From Lama guanicoe (taxonomy: Eukaryota): a DNA stretch of 20,000 nt. This document shows positions 1 through 10,208 of the stretch, piece by piece. The DNA is taken from the NCBI GenBank assembly GCA_013239625.1, contig MU053376.1:2754804-2774803 (forward strand), in the 5' to 3' direction. How positions within the stretch are numbered: the first letter of the stretch is position 1; each line of letters opens with the position of its first letter. Under the pieces are notes generated by a model, which did not search any database, was not told the DNA's origin, and saw only the letters and a program-made list of their open reading frames with translations. A program made the position numbers and the translations under genes.

Positions 1-91
1 CAACTTTTCCTAAATGGAAGAGCAATTTTTCTCTCAGAAGAATTTTGCCACTCTTCTAAAATGCTGAAGCAGCCCCTGGGAATTTTTTTTT

Positions 92-97
92 TTTAAT
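92..97 (-). terminator. Candidate poly(A) signal (ATTAAA) of the minus-strand six-exon gene
   Basis: ATTAAA on the minus strand about 66 nt after the TAA stop at 164-166. It runs into a genomic A-tract, so it may be incidental. Confidence 0.3.
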
Positions 98-163
98 AAC
101 TGGCAGCTTTTCTTTCAGCTTCATGCTGCTTGTTTCACTTCTCAATATTACATAAGTATGCTC

Positions 164-235
164 TTAATCATTTTTGGGAGATGTCTGTAAATGTTCTTGA
201 GGCAAGAGTTCTAGATGAAACTTATGGTACTGATT
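164..235 (-). CDS. Coding exon 6 (terminal) of candidate 91-aa protein: NQYHKFHLELLPQEHLQTSPKND*
   Basis: Minus-strand acceptor ggttttgtcttttgagttttctag (AG at 237-236). Phase 0, open to TAA at 166-164. Not in a recognisable repeat. Confidence 0.65.
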   Translation of the reverse strand, partial: NQYHKFHLELLPQEHLQTSPKND

Positions 236-580
236 CTAGAAAACTCAAAAGACAAAACCTTTACTGTGACTAAAGGACTTTTAATTATATAACCAAGATC
301 AAAAGCTAAACTAATCTTACTTAAACTAGACTAAAATATTATAACTCAAAACATTAACTTTATTGTTCCAAAATCTTGTGGAATTTAGCTTTTAAATTCC
401 GGGTAAGAATCACTGTGATGATTTTCAAGTGCATGTTCTTCAAGGCTTTATTAATGGAGCATGACAGTAACTGTCCACAAGGAAACACCTGGGTAACTTT
501 GCTGCAGACTTCAGCTGCTTAACATACACTAGACAAAGCTGCACAATTCCACGCTTAGGAGATCTGTAAACAAACATTAC

Positions 581-634
581 CTGTGCCTCATGCAGCTGTG
601 GAGGAAATAAATGTATTTCTATTTTTTCATCAGC
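581..634 (-). CDS. Coding exon 5: ADEKIEIHLFPPQLHEAQ (54 nt, phase 0-0)
   Basis: Acceptor ...ttagttccatag|G (AG at 636-635) and donor CAG|gtaatg (GT at 580-579). Open frame. A second in-frame acceptor at 597-596 gives a 15-nt form. Confidence 0.65.
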
Positions 635-699
635 CTATGGAACTAATTTTAATGGAAATGAAGAGACGCTAAGGACTGGGTGGTCCATTGATTGATTCT

Positions 700-990
700 A
701 AATGCATAGAAGAGTCCAGTTAAGAAAATAACCTCAAAACTCCTGGGGCATTATGTAGGGCACTAGAGTTTTCAGCCCTGGATTGAGCACTGCTCTGATC
801 CCGATTAAAAATAAGACGCAAAAGGATTAAAGTTTTTAAGTAGGTTAATTGCACCTAGGAAAAATACTCAAGAATATATAGAAGTACAAAAATATCTGGC
901 ACCCAATATGGTGAAGTTCATAACGTCTAGCATCCAATAAAAGATTACCACCTATGCCAAAAAACAAGAAAATATAGCTCATAATGTGGA
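700..990 (+). mobile_element. Old L1M (L1MC/L1MD-like) 5' region fragment
   Basis: Motifs such as 'gagcactgctctgatccc' and 'ctagcatccaataaaagattacc...aagaaaatatagctcataatg' resemble the remembered L1M 5'UTR/ORF1-start consensus. Confidence 0.6.
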
Positions 991-1046
991 AACCCCTAGG
1001 ACTGCTGCTATTACCAAAAGCGTAAACCAAAAGCAGTCTCATTTTC

Positions 1047-1342
1047 CTGAAGAAGAGAAAGGGTCATAAAAATGTTATTGGCTTATCATTAACTTAATGA
1101 GATGATGACTCCAGTTGACAGTGCCAATCAACGCAGCCCTTCCCATCTGCTATATTGCTGTTGATCCAGAAAATATTTCTCTTTCTACCTGTTAGTAAAA
1201 ACCACCAGAAGTAGTTTGCTATCACCTGGAAGGGCCATCAATACACATTTTCTGTTCTACTTATTACATCAACTCTCAACACTTCTATCTTAATCTAGCC
1301 TGTAGGGATCTTGATCATATCTCCTTTCTATAGAATATTACA
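1047..1342 (+). mobile_element. ERVL-family internal pol (reverse transcriptase) relic with stops and frameshifts
   Basis: From 1188 it translates as PVSKNHQK*FAITWKGHQYTFSVLL/YINSQHFYLNLACRDLDH. This matches the ERV-L RT block PVHK.HQKQFAFSWQGQQYTFTVLPQGYINSP..HNLV.RDLD. Upstream YIAVDPEN resembles YAAIDLAN. Confidence 0.8.
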
Positions 1343-1369
1343 GGCCTGTGGCATAACTTAGGAACAGAG

Positions 1370-3420
1370 GGAAAGCCAGGAGGATAGCAGTGGAACGCAA
1401 AACTTGAAAGATTGCCAAGGGCCAGACAATTCAGCTTCTTGTAGACCAAGGATTTCAAGGATGGTAAGGATTTGGGTCTTTAGCTTGAAAACATTGGAAA
1501 GATTTTAAAGACTTTAAAGCCTGAGGCATTGGTAAAACTAAGGGAGATAGCAACATTCTTTTAAAATTATTATTATTATTTCAATAATAGTAAGGGACTT
1601 TTCCTAACTGAGAAGAACAAAATGAGAATTGCATTTGGAAATGATTACTAAGTACGTTGTCAAAAATGGATGAGAATGGTGATGCACAGTTATTAAAGGA
1701 ACATTAATTAAATGACTAGGACATTATTTCAGGTTAGAGATGATGGTAGCTCAGACTACAATGGCAGAAGATATGGAAAGTGTGAATGGATAGAAGAAAG
1801 ATTTAGAACCAAGAAGAGATGGATCTCTAAGATGGATTAAATTTTGAAATGTGAAAAGTCCAGTATCATGGATGAATCTGAAGATTTTTAAGTTATGCAT
1901 CTATATGCATGATGTAACTATTCAATGAGATAAGAAACATTAGAGAGAACAAATGAACTTTGGAGGGAGTTTGGTATTTGGCATGTTGAGACTGAAGCAT
2001 CCACATGGAGATGTGAAATGAGATTTATAGCATCTTAGGCTTAAAAGAGGTGTGGGCTAGATTTAGAATTTTTTACGTTATGTACATATATTTGGTAATA
2101 GATCATTTGCCTGTGAGTTATAGTAGAATGTGAAGAGAGACTAGGCTTGAGTTTTGAGAAACTCAGACATTGAATCAACAAGTAGTGGAGGATGATCTGA
2201 AAAAACTATGAAGTTTTTAATTGCAGAAAGGAATAATGGCCAGAGAGGTAGGTAGAAAGCCAATAGTATCCATGGACCAGCAGAACAAACTGTTTCAAGA
2301 AGAAAAGTGTGATTAACAATGTCAAAATCTACTCAGAACTGAAAAATGTCCACTGGGCTTGGCAGTATGGAGGTGACTGTTATTCTGAGGGCGAGAGGAA
2401 GAGGCCAAGTTAAAGTAGATTGAACATCAATAAAAGGTGTTAAAAAGAACAGGAAATCTGTAACTCTTTAAAGAGGTTAAAATGCTTGGCTCTGAAAATG
2501 AAGAGAAAGGTGGAAAGAGAGGTGTTAGCTAGAAAGCGGTTTGGGTATAGAGGTTAAAAAAAAGACTTTAAAACATTTTAAGTATGTTTAAATGTCAATG
2601 GGAATTATCCAATGTTAGGAAGCACTTTAACATGCAGAAGAGAGAGAGTTGTTTGGTAGTGTAATATTTATGAAAAATCAGTAAAGAGTAGAATCCAAGA
2701 CCCTGCTGAAATGACTGACCTTAAATAGGAGTAGAGACAGGAGAGAATGAAAACATGAGTGCAGATGGAAGTTAATAAAACTGGTGGCAGGATATGGGAG
2801 AATATATCTCTGATGGCTTCTCAGTGAAGAAAGAGACAAACTTCTCTGCTAAGAATCAGGTGGGACAGCAGGAAAGAGGCAATATGTTTGGAAGGGTAAG
2901 GAGTATAAAGAAGGTACAAAATAATCATTGAGAAAGTGAATTAACAAGAAGAAAAAAAATTTGAAGTTGCCATGCAAGGTGGAAGACCTATTTGAAATTG
3001 GTTACCCTAAATTTATCTGCCACTGCAACCTGCAGTTGAAAAAGAAGTTGTAGAGAAAAAGAAAAATAAGACTGTTTCAGATTTGAGGCTTTCTAAACAC
3101 CTGTAATAAGAAAACAGAAAGGTAAAGGTGCTTGTGTTACTGGCAAGAGTGCTAGTGAATTTGCGCTTTATAGTCTCTAAATTGATTAAGGAACTAAAGA
3201 AAGAGTGGGCTGGTGGATCAGAAGGGTAGGGAAGAGCAACAGAAGGTCCCAATGAGGTCAAACAGAGGTCAAGAGTGAGTAGTTAAATAAGCAAGCTGAA
3301 TTTAGAGGAGGTTATAGACAAAGAAGAGGATGTTCGAATTAGTAATTTTTTGTGCAATATTGTGGTGCAATATTATGTGTAACAAAGTCTAGGGTGTTAC
3401 CAAGGGTGTAGTTTGTTAGG
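1370..3420 (-). mobile_element. LINE-2 (L2), long decayed fragment
   Basis: Purine-rich + strand with antisense-L2 motifs: gggccaga...ggtaaggatttgg, gagatgatggtagc, ggcatgttgag, catccacatggagatgt, ggccagagaggtagg, gaaaaatgtccactggg. Confidence 0.8.
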
Positions 3421-3697
3421 AAAACTTTCTGGAAACCACGCTGAATTTTAACCTCATTCTTCAAGTTCAATATAATAGCAATAATCATTTTTAACCCTGA
3501 CATTGGAGTTTATATTATTAAAAAAAATTAACAAATCCACTAGGGATAGCTTTGCATGTTCAGTCTCTGAATCCTTTCTCATAGACTTCATTTACATGTG
3601 TCCACCGGCTAGCAACAGTAAAGTTTTATATTTAGATAGCATACTTCCTCTCAATGGCATGCAAATTTCTCTTACCATTTACCGGTGCTGCTAAAGC

Positions 3698-3885
3698 TGC
3701 TGTGGTTTCATAACCTTGGCTGATCATCAGAATCACCTGTGGAGTTACTTAAATTTATAAATTCCCAGACTGCCCAAGGTTAACCAGGTTCAGGAGTTCT
3801 CAGGTGAGGTGTGAGAATCTGTATATTTAAAAAAAAGCTACCCAAGTAATTCTGACAATTCGCCAGGGATGGCAACCATTGCCCT
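3698..3885. mobile_element. MER5A-type hAT-Charlie DNA transposon
   Basis: gtggtttcataaccttggctgatcatcagaatcacctg...gagaatctgtatattt...cccaagtaattctga...ggcaaccattg, about 185 bp, typical MER5 layout. Confidence 0.75.
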
Positions 3886-4088
3886 GGTGGGTAGGGGAAG
3901 TATTCTGCCCCTGACTTATCAGCTCCTCAATATAAACCTCAGGAGATAGACATGTCAATGAAACCAGCTGGAGTGCTGGGAGGAGGAGCGATAGACTATA
4001 AACAAATGGAGTCAAAATTTACATTTTATGGAGCTAATTGATGGATTTTGAATAATTTAAAATATTGAAACATTTTATTATTTTTTAC

Positions 4089-4120
4089 CTTCTGGTAAAT
4101 TAATTTTATCTTCTGGTTGT
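4089..4120 (-). CDS. Coding exon 4: (D)NQKIKLIYQK (32 nt, phase 1-0)
   Basis: Strong acceptor cccctttctccttttttaaag (AG at 4122-4121) and donor AAG|gtaaaa (GT at 4088-4087). Frame fits both neighbouring exons. Confidence 0.68.
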
Positions 4121-4309
4121 CTTTAAAAAAGGAGAAAGGGCTATTTCACAATTTCTCTGTTATAAGCGTAACACCCAGATGATAATTTTATTGTGACATT
4201 ACTATATAATAATTATATGATAGAATTTACTATAAAATAGTATAATTATTTGTGATATCAATTTCAGAGTTTTCGTATTTTTTAAAATATTCTCTTCCAT
4301 ATCTGATTT

Positions 4310-4450
4310 TTGGAGACTGAATAAAGAGAGGGAACTTGGGAAGCTATTGTAGAAGACTACATTAGAGATAATGGTGGCAGAAAATACAAAAATAGCAAAA
4401 GGAACCCAAAGAAGAGAGAAAATTAAAAGTGATTTATGACAGGATAGAGA
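4310..4450 (-). mobile_element. Short L2 fragment
   Basis: ggaagctattgtagaagactacattagagataatggtggc resembles antisense L2 ggaggctattgcagtagtccaggtgagagatgatggtggc. Confidence 0.5.
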
Positions 4451-4848
4451 TACCTTCTGATTTCTACTGGAGACCTAAAACTAACTTCAAATGAGTTAAT
4501 ATCTAAGTGCCCCAAAATAGAAAGCTTTTTTATTTTGGTTTAAAGACAGTACATTTAGCTGTTTCGAATTATACGATTATTCATAATATTAGCTTTTCTT
4601 TAACAACAACAAAAAAATCAGAGACTTAAAACCAGCTTTCAAAGTTGCTATTGTCACATTCTTTAACCTAAAAAGGATCAGGAAAAGAAGAATTGAGAAG
4701 CAAGTGCAATGTACCTTGGTTCCTATTTCCTATGGGAAGTCTTACAAGAATTTAAGAAAAAACCCATGGGGGAAGGAAGGAAGTGAATTCAATTATGTAA
4801 ATAAGGTCAACCAGAGAAAAGCTAGAATAAAATAGTAGTAAGACTTAC

Positions 4849-4911
4849 CAACTCCAGGTAGAGGAATTAAACCCTTTTTAAGTTCACATGTTGGGAAATA
4901 TAGTTCAGTGA
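4849..4911 (-). CDS. Coding exon 3: (F)TELYFPTCELKKGLIPLPGV (63 nt, phase 1-1)
   Basis: Acceptor gtgttttgtag (AG at 4913-4912) and consensus donor TTG|gtaagt (GT at 4848-4847). Open in the required frame. Confidence 0.68.
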
Positions 4912-5054
4912 CTACAAAACACTACTGTAAAGCACATGCATGATCCACTTTGTGCTTCAGGTAAATTCTTTTTATTTTTACCTTAATATTTACAAAATAA
5001 TTATTCTCTGCAATTGATAGTTCACCCTAAATAAAAGCCTGACTATGACCCTCT

Positions 5055-5720
5055 GGGTGACTTGGAAGAATTATTCATAGCATGTGTATAAAATATGTGA
5101 CTAATATGAAGTAGGAATGAATAGCCAGAGCTGGTTGAAAAGATGAGGATCCCAAGTAATACTGACCTGGGAGAAGTTTGTCAAGTCTAACATAAAGAAA
5201 TATTGTAAATATAACTATAAGCACTTACACTTAGTTAATTTTTAAATGTCTTCAAATGTTTAAATTGATATATTCAATATTAGCACTAATGTGGCTTAAA
5301 AGCAGCACATGTTAAAACAACTTCAAGATTTAATGAACTCAGTATTAGCCAGTAATGTGATGAAATGGTCTAAACCACTTCTGTTGTCTTGGAACACATT
5401 AAGACAAGTTACAGTGTTTGGGAAGAGAGAAATGATGATTCTCATTCTTCTGTTCACTGATTATACTGCACGATGTTGAGGTCAACTTTGCCCACCATGT
5501 TTTAGGAAGAGCATAGCAAAGTGGGTTGTATCCAGCTGTGAATGAAGATAATGGTGCAAGAACTTGGATTCATAATATAATTAATTAAATAGTAACATAC
5601 TTGGCCTATAGAAGAGAAAGACACAGATGGTGTCAAATATGTGAAGTAGCATTAGATTCATTCTGTGCAGTTCCAACTGACGGCAAGGTCAATGGGAAAA
5701 GAGCAGGTAAATGAATTTTG
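5055..5720 (+). mobile_element. L3/CR1 LINE, 3' part of ORF2 (its extreme 3' end appears at about 6050-6083 after a MER5 insertion)
   Basis: Matches remembered L3 blocks: tgacttgg...catg...aaa, cagtaatgtgatg, caccatgttttagg, ggcctatagaagagaaagac, ttagattcattctgtgcagttcca, and tail ttccaactctaagcactataattc. Confidence 0.65.
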
Positions 5721-5864
5721 TCCATATGCCGAAACAAGTAAGAAGACAATAGCTTAACAAATTTCAAGCCGAAAGGGGACTAATACTCTTTAGGGATAAT
5801 AACTAACATAGAAAGTCTTGCATAAGGTAGAGGAACTAAACGTTCATTGACCTTCTAAAGTTGT

Positions 5865-6043
5865 TCAAATATTGGTGCCAAACTGACTACATCAAAATAA
5901 TCACCTGGGAGACCATTAACAAAAGTCCCAGGTCTTTCATCTGGGGCTTCTAAGTTATTTGGACTTACTTGAATTGTGGCACACAAATCTGGGTCTTTAA
6001 CATGCTCCCAGGTTACTGTGATGACCAGCCATATTTGAATCAT
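5865..6043. mobile_element. MER5A/MER5B-type DNA transposon
   Basis: catcaaaataatcacctgggaga...aatctgggtctttaacatgctcccaggttactgtgatgaccagccatatttgaatca. Confidence 0.65.
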
Positions 6044-6195
6044 AGTCTCCAAAAATCTATTCCAACTCTAAGCACTATAATTCCAAATACTTGACAAAAG
6101 ATGATGCTGTTGGCCAAATGATCTAATGAAATATTCAGTGAGGTTAAGACTTAATTTGTATTTATTAGTTTTTTTTATTAGTTTGTCTAACTTAC

Positions 6196-6217
6196 ATGAA
6201 TAGCCCAAAAACATGAC
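6196..6217 (-). CDS. Coding exon 2: VMFLGYS(F) (22-nt microexon, phase 0-1)
   Basis: Strong acceptor tcttccaaattttctttcag|G (AG at 6219-6218) and donor CAT|gtaagt (GT at 6195-6194). Confidence 0.68.
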
Positions 6218-6548
6218 CTGAAAGAAAATTTGGAAGATTTAAGAAACAAAAACAAACACTAGTTTGTTTAATGTCTAGTTATTCCACTGGATTAGTTAAG
6301 AACACTGATGTTTGTTGGATGTCATGAAATTTCTGGGGTCAGATATAATACTCCTTTGCCACCCTGCAGAAAGCACCGGTCTTTCTTAGCTCGATGTAGG
6401 GATTTTCCAAAAGGGAGCAAAGGATCTTTTGTCCAGATAGCCAACTGTACTGTCTACTCTTGCTGCTCACTTAAAAAACTTAGAAGGAAAACTATTATGA
6501 TTAAGAGTTTCACAAAGCACAAATATCCTTTAGTCAGCATGAACATAC

Positions 6549-6581
6549 ACCAGTAACACTCAGGAATTGTTTCTTCAACAT
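6549..6581 (-). CDS. Coding exon 1: MLKKQFLSVTG (phase 0 end)
   Basis: ATG at 6581-6579 and donor GGT|gtatgt (GT at 6548-6547), in frame with exon 2. The donor and Kozak context (cagATGt) are weak, so this is the least secure exon. Confidence 0.5.
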
Positions 6582-6584
6582 CTG

Positions 6585-6611
6585 TTATCTACTTCTGAAT
6601 TCAGGTTCCAT
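6585..6611 (-). other. In-frame upstream ORF MEPEFRSR* with strong Kozak context
   Basis: acaATGG at 6611, reading ATG GAA CCT GAA TTC AGA AGT AGA TAA CAG ATG, in the same frame as the downstream CDS. Confidence 0.5.
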
Positions 6612-6802
6612 TGTGTGTGCTCAAACATGTGGCCCCAGGACCTTGGACAGTAATTTGTTTCCTCAGAGCAAAGATAGCTGAACTGACAAAGCTGGGATAA
6701 CAGGAGTTTCTATGGATGAAGCCATAAGCCTATTTTCAATAGATCAGTCCTGAAAGTGCTAAGAGATTTAAAAATCATAAGACACAAGAGTTGAAAACTA
6801 AA

Positions 6803-6932
6803 GATTAACCCCCCTTTTACAGACAAAAAATAAAACAAAGGTCCAGTGAAGGAATATGATTTGACCGAAGTTTTTCACCTTAGATAGTGTTAGAACTGGG
6901 ACTAGAATCCAAATCTCCAGTCTCAAGTCTGT
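6803..6932 (-). mobile_element. MIR SINE
   Basis: ccccttttacagac...ggtccagtgaagg...tgatttgaccgaag...agaactgggactagaatccaaatctcc resembles the antisense MIR core. Confidence 0.65.
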
Positions 6933-6952
6933 TGGAGAAGAAAATCCTAGCG

Positions 6953-6972
6953 TATATATATATATATATATA
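6953..6972. repeat. (TA)10 microsatellite
   Basis: Directly visible. Confidence 0.95.
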
Positions 6973-7137
6973 CATACCTCAGATGCCACTCTGGGTTGTT
7001 TTGATTTCACCATAAAAACCCTATACAGCTTGGGGAGGACTAAGGACATTCTCTTTTTTAAAATGCTTCTCTAAGTCACAGACATCTTGATGGTTCAAGT
7101 TTTTAAATGGCCCTTTACATGCTTCTTTCATTGGCCC

Positions 7138-7580
7138 CATCCTGATTTGGGTTGCCCCAGAAGCAAATTTCAGTGCAAATAACCTACAGGGAAGGAAATT
7201 CCAGGAAATACTAGTAGGGATATGAGAAGATGAGACACGGAAAGGAAAGAAACCAATGAAGTGAGCATTATCACACTCAGGTCCACTGGGGAACTCTGAC
7301 AGTGGAGAACCCACCTCAGATTTATCTCAACAAAGGGGCAGAGGAGGTGGGGTGCTTTTCTACCAGCACCCCATTTGTCATTAGTTGAGAATTTCTTAGG
7401 GGAACAGGACTCTCCAACAGCTCTGACTTGCTGTCTTTGAGCCCAGCATTCTTCCATAGTGAGAAAAAAGCCTAAGGATAGAGGACCCCAGTGTTTGCAG
7501 TTAACAGCCTTAGGTGTGGAGAGGTAAAGTGACAAGGGATAAAAAAGTATATAGGAGACTGAATGTCTTGGGAGAAATCA
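7138..7580 (-). mobile_element. LTR16-like (ERVL) solo LTR
   Basis: gggttgccccagaagca...ccaggaaatactagtaggg...gagacacggaaaggaaagaaaccaatgaag...ccactggggaactctg...cctcagatttatc...gtcattagttgag follows the remembered antisense LTR16 consensus in order. Confidence 0.75.
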
Positions 7581-8464
7581 CTTTGCATTTGGGTAAATGG
7601 TAGTGACATAGTATGGATGGGAAAGACATGACCCTCCATCTTAGATGAACAATACTGATAATAAAGAAAAGAACTATTCATTCCAAGAGATAGAAGTGTG
7701 ACTGCAAACTTTAAAAAGTGCACTTCCTTCCAATCCACTGTGTCCTTCCTTCTAGCTCTGATAACGCTGAGTAAAAGAGAAGGATCCCCAGGCAATGTAA
7801 GTTCTAAGTTTGGAAACTGAGAGATGAGTCATCCAAAATGGGGGTGGTGACAGTGGTCATGGAAGAGGATTTGGAAGAGTCTCATAGGCAAGGCATCAGC
7901 TTGTTCCAGGATGAAAGCTCAGAGACTTGGCAACTTCAGGTGCTGAAGTGAGCAATTCAGCAGTGTAGGAGGGAAGACAAGACCTAAAGGCCTGAAGGAC
8001 CCTGATCAGAAATCTCACCGGTCATGTTAAAATATGTGGCCTTTACCTGAGGACAATGATAAATCGAAGATTTTATATAGAATCCTACCATTAGGTAGAA
8101 GGGAAGGGTGACATGTGAGGATTTCTGGCTGGCCAGACATGCGACAAGGTTTCTCAAGGTTAATTTTTGTGTCCCCACATCCAAGGCCTAATCTTTGACA
8201 TCACAGTTTCAGAAGCTAGTTTTCATCAGCATAAGGACCATGGATTGTTCTCTGGTGGATAGACTCACACGAACAGGAACTTCTATGGAACTTTTTCTGT
8301 AAACTTTATGGATTTTCCAGTGACCAGTATATTCATGTCTCCTTCACAGAGCCTCTCCTCCCTTCTCTGTGTTCAAGTCGAGACCTTGGAAAGTCACTTC
8401 TTAGGTTAGAATCAGAGAAAAGAGACAAACGATGTTGAGGGATATTTTACCTGATTTCACCCAA

Positions 8465-8622
8465 GCCTGTGACTCTTAACCCTGATTATATGTTAGAATC
8501 ACTCAGTAATTTTAAAATTACTGATGTCCTTCTCAGGCCAATTAAATCAGAGTCTCTGGGAGTGAGCCCCAATTTATTCTTATAAACCTCTCACATGAAT
8601 CTAATACACAGCCACTGGTCCA
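8465..8622. mobile_element. MER5A-type DNA transposon
   Basis: ctcttaaccctgattatatgttagaatcact...ccaattaaatcagagtctctgggagtgagccc...atctaatacacagcca. Confidence 0.75.
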
Positions 8623-8784
8623 AGCCCTGATATGTATGACCTGATGAGACAGCTTCTCTGCTGAATAGACATTCACTTCCCTCCAAATTCATTGTTTCAC
8701 TGAACAAGACACATTGCTGCTGTCTCTGACCCCAGGCTTTCTAGCTTTTTTTGCAAACCACCTGCGTTCCATTGACATATACTT

Positions 8785-9560
8785 TCTTTTTTTATTTTTA
8801 GAATATTTTGAACATCCAGGAAAAATAGTTAGAATAATGAATAACTGTGAATCCAAAACCAAACTTTGTCCAATCTAACCATTTTGTACATTTGCTTCAG
8901 ATTTTTTTGTAAAATTACAAATATGAATTTAAGTCCCCTATACTCTCTTGTCCAGTCCAATTTTCTTCCTTCTCTGTTTAGGGGTAACCATGATCCTTAA
9001 AGTGGTATTCATTATTTCTATACATATCATTTTTACCCAAAATGGATGCATGTTTTAAATGAATGCAAAAACACTACTGTTTTGTGTATCTGTAATTTTT
9101 ATATAAATGGCATTATTGTCCATGTAACCTGCAATTTTCCATCTTTGATCAAGAGTGTGTTTTGGAGAATTAATTATGTTAATACACATAGCTTTAATTC
9201 AACCACTTTCACTGATGAATCAGTTATATAAATTTGTATAAATGTAGCTTCCATGCTAGAGTTTCTTTTGGATATATATCTAGGAATGGAATTGTTGGGT
9301 CAACATATATATGCATCTTTAACTTTACTGGATGTGGCCAAATTATTCTCCAAAGAAGTTCTAATTTAGTTCCCCACTAGCAGGGTGTGAAAGTTTGTGT
9401 CACACCCTTATCAATGCTTGGTATTGTTGCCAATACCAAATTTAAAATTTTGCCAATCAGATGGGTGTAAAATAATATCAGTTTTAACTTGTAATTCCTT
9501 GATTACTAGTGAGATTAAACGTCTTTTCATATATATTGGCTATGCAGTTTTCCTTTGCTA
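8785..9560 (-). mobile_element. Ancient L1ME-type 3' end
   Basis: Antisense L1ME motifs: catttgcttcagattttt, ggtaaccat, tttatataaatggcat, ggatatatatctaggaatggaattgttgggtca, ccaaattattctccaaag, ttgccaatcagatgggtgtaaaat, gattactagtgagatt. Confidence 0.8.
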
Positions 9561-10099
9561 GGAGACAAGTCATAAATATTTTTAGCCAGCATAGAAAAAA
9601 TTTCTGATATTCTTCAGGAGAAAATATTTCAAAATATGTTTATCAATGGAAATAGAGAACTAAATAGCCATTTGATCATGCATTATTATAAATAACATAG
9701 AATTATAGGAGAAAAGTATTGAAAGTATATTGTCGCATAAAAGCAGAAAGTGCAAATGTATGTAATTAAATATCTTAGGAAAAAAGAGGATTGGGATTAT
9801 ACAATGGAAATTATTTGGAGAAAAGGATTCCTCCATCTCATTGGCAAAGGAGACTGACTTTTTCATTGTTTTTGTGAACCCCACATTTTATCTACTAGAA
9901 ACTTCTGTCTCATTATGGATCAGGTAAATACAGAGGATGTATAATACCATTTCCCACAATATATGGAGCTTCCTAGAGAGAAGAGGAGGATTCAGTGCTC
10001 CGAAATCTTTTGGGAACTAGAACATGTATGGGATCATTTCATTATTCATAGATATTTGAAGCTACCTTTTGGGATCACTTTTAATTACACATGATTGAG

Positions 10100-10208
10100 A
10101 TTTTGTCTGTTTTGCCCAGCAGTTAGAATAATGCTTGGCCCACAGCATTTGTTCAATAAACATTTATTGGATGAATGAAAATACATGACAAAATGAGTGA
10201 ATAAATTG
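10100..10208 (+). mobile_element. L2 3' terminus
   Basis: agaataatgcttggcccacagcatttgttcaataaacatttattggatgaatgaa resembles the L2 tail (tgcctggcacatag...ctcaataaatatttgttgaatgaatgaa). Confidence 0.75.

Noticed and set aside
4089..4120. Alternative frame QPEDKINLPE for exon 4
   Set aside because: Phase-incompatible with exon 3, and it gives an immediate TGA on joining the 54-nt exon.
6196..6590. Alternative reading of exons 1-2 (ITDVEETIPECYWCHVFGLF)
   Set aside because: It has no ATG after the upstream TAG and hits TGA immediately in exon 3.
7823..7833. Extended AP-1 site gATGAGTCATc
   Set aside because: A single short motif with no supporting context. Expected by chance in 20 kb.
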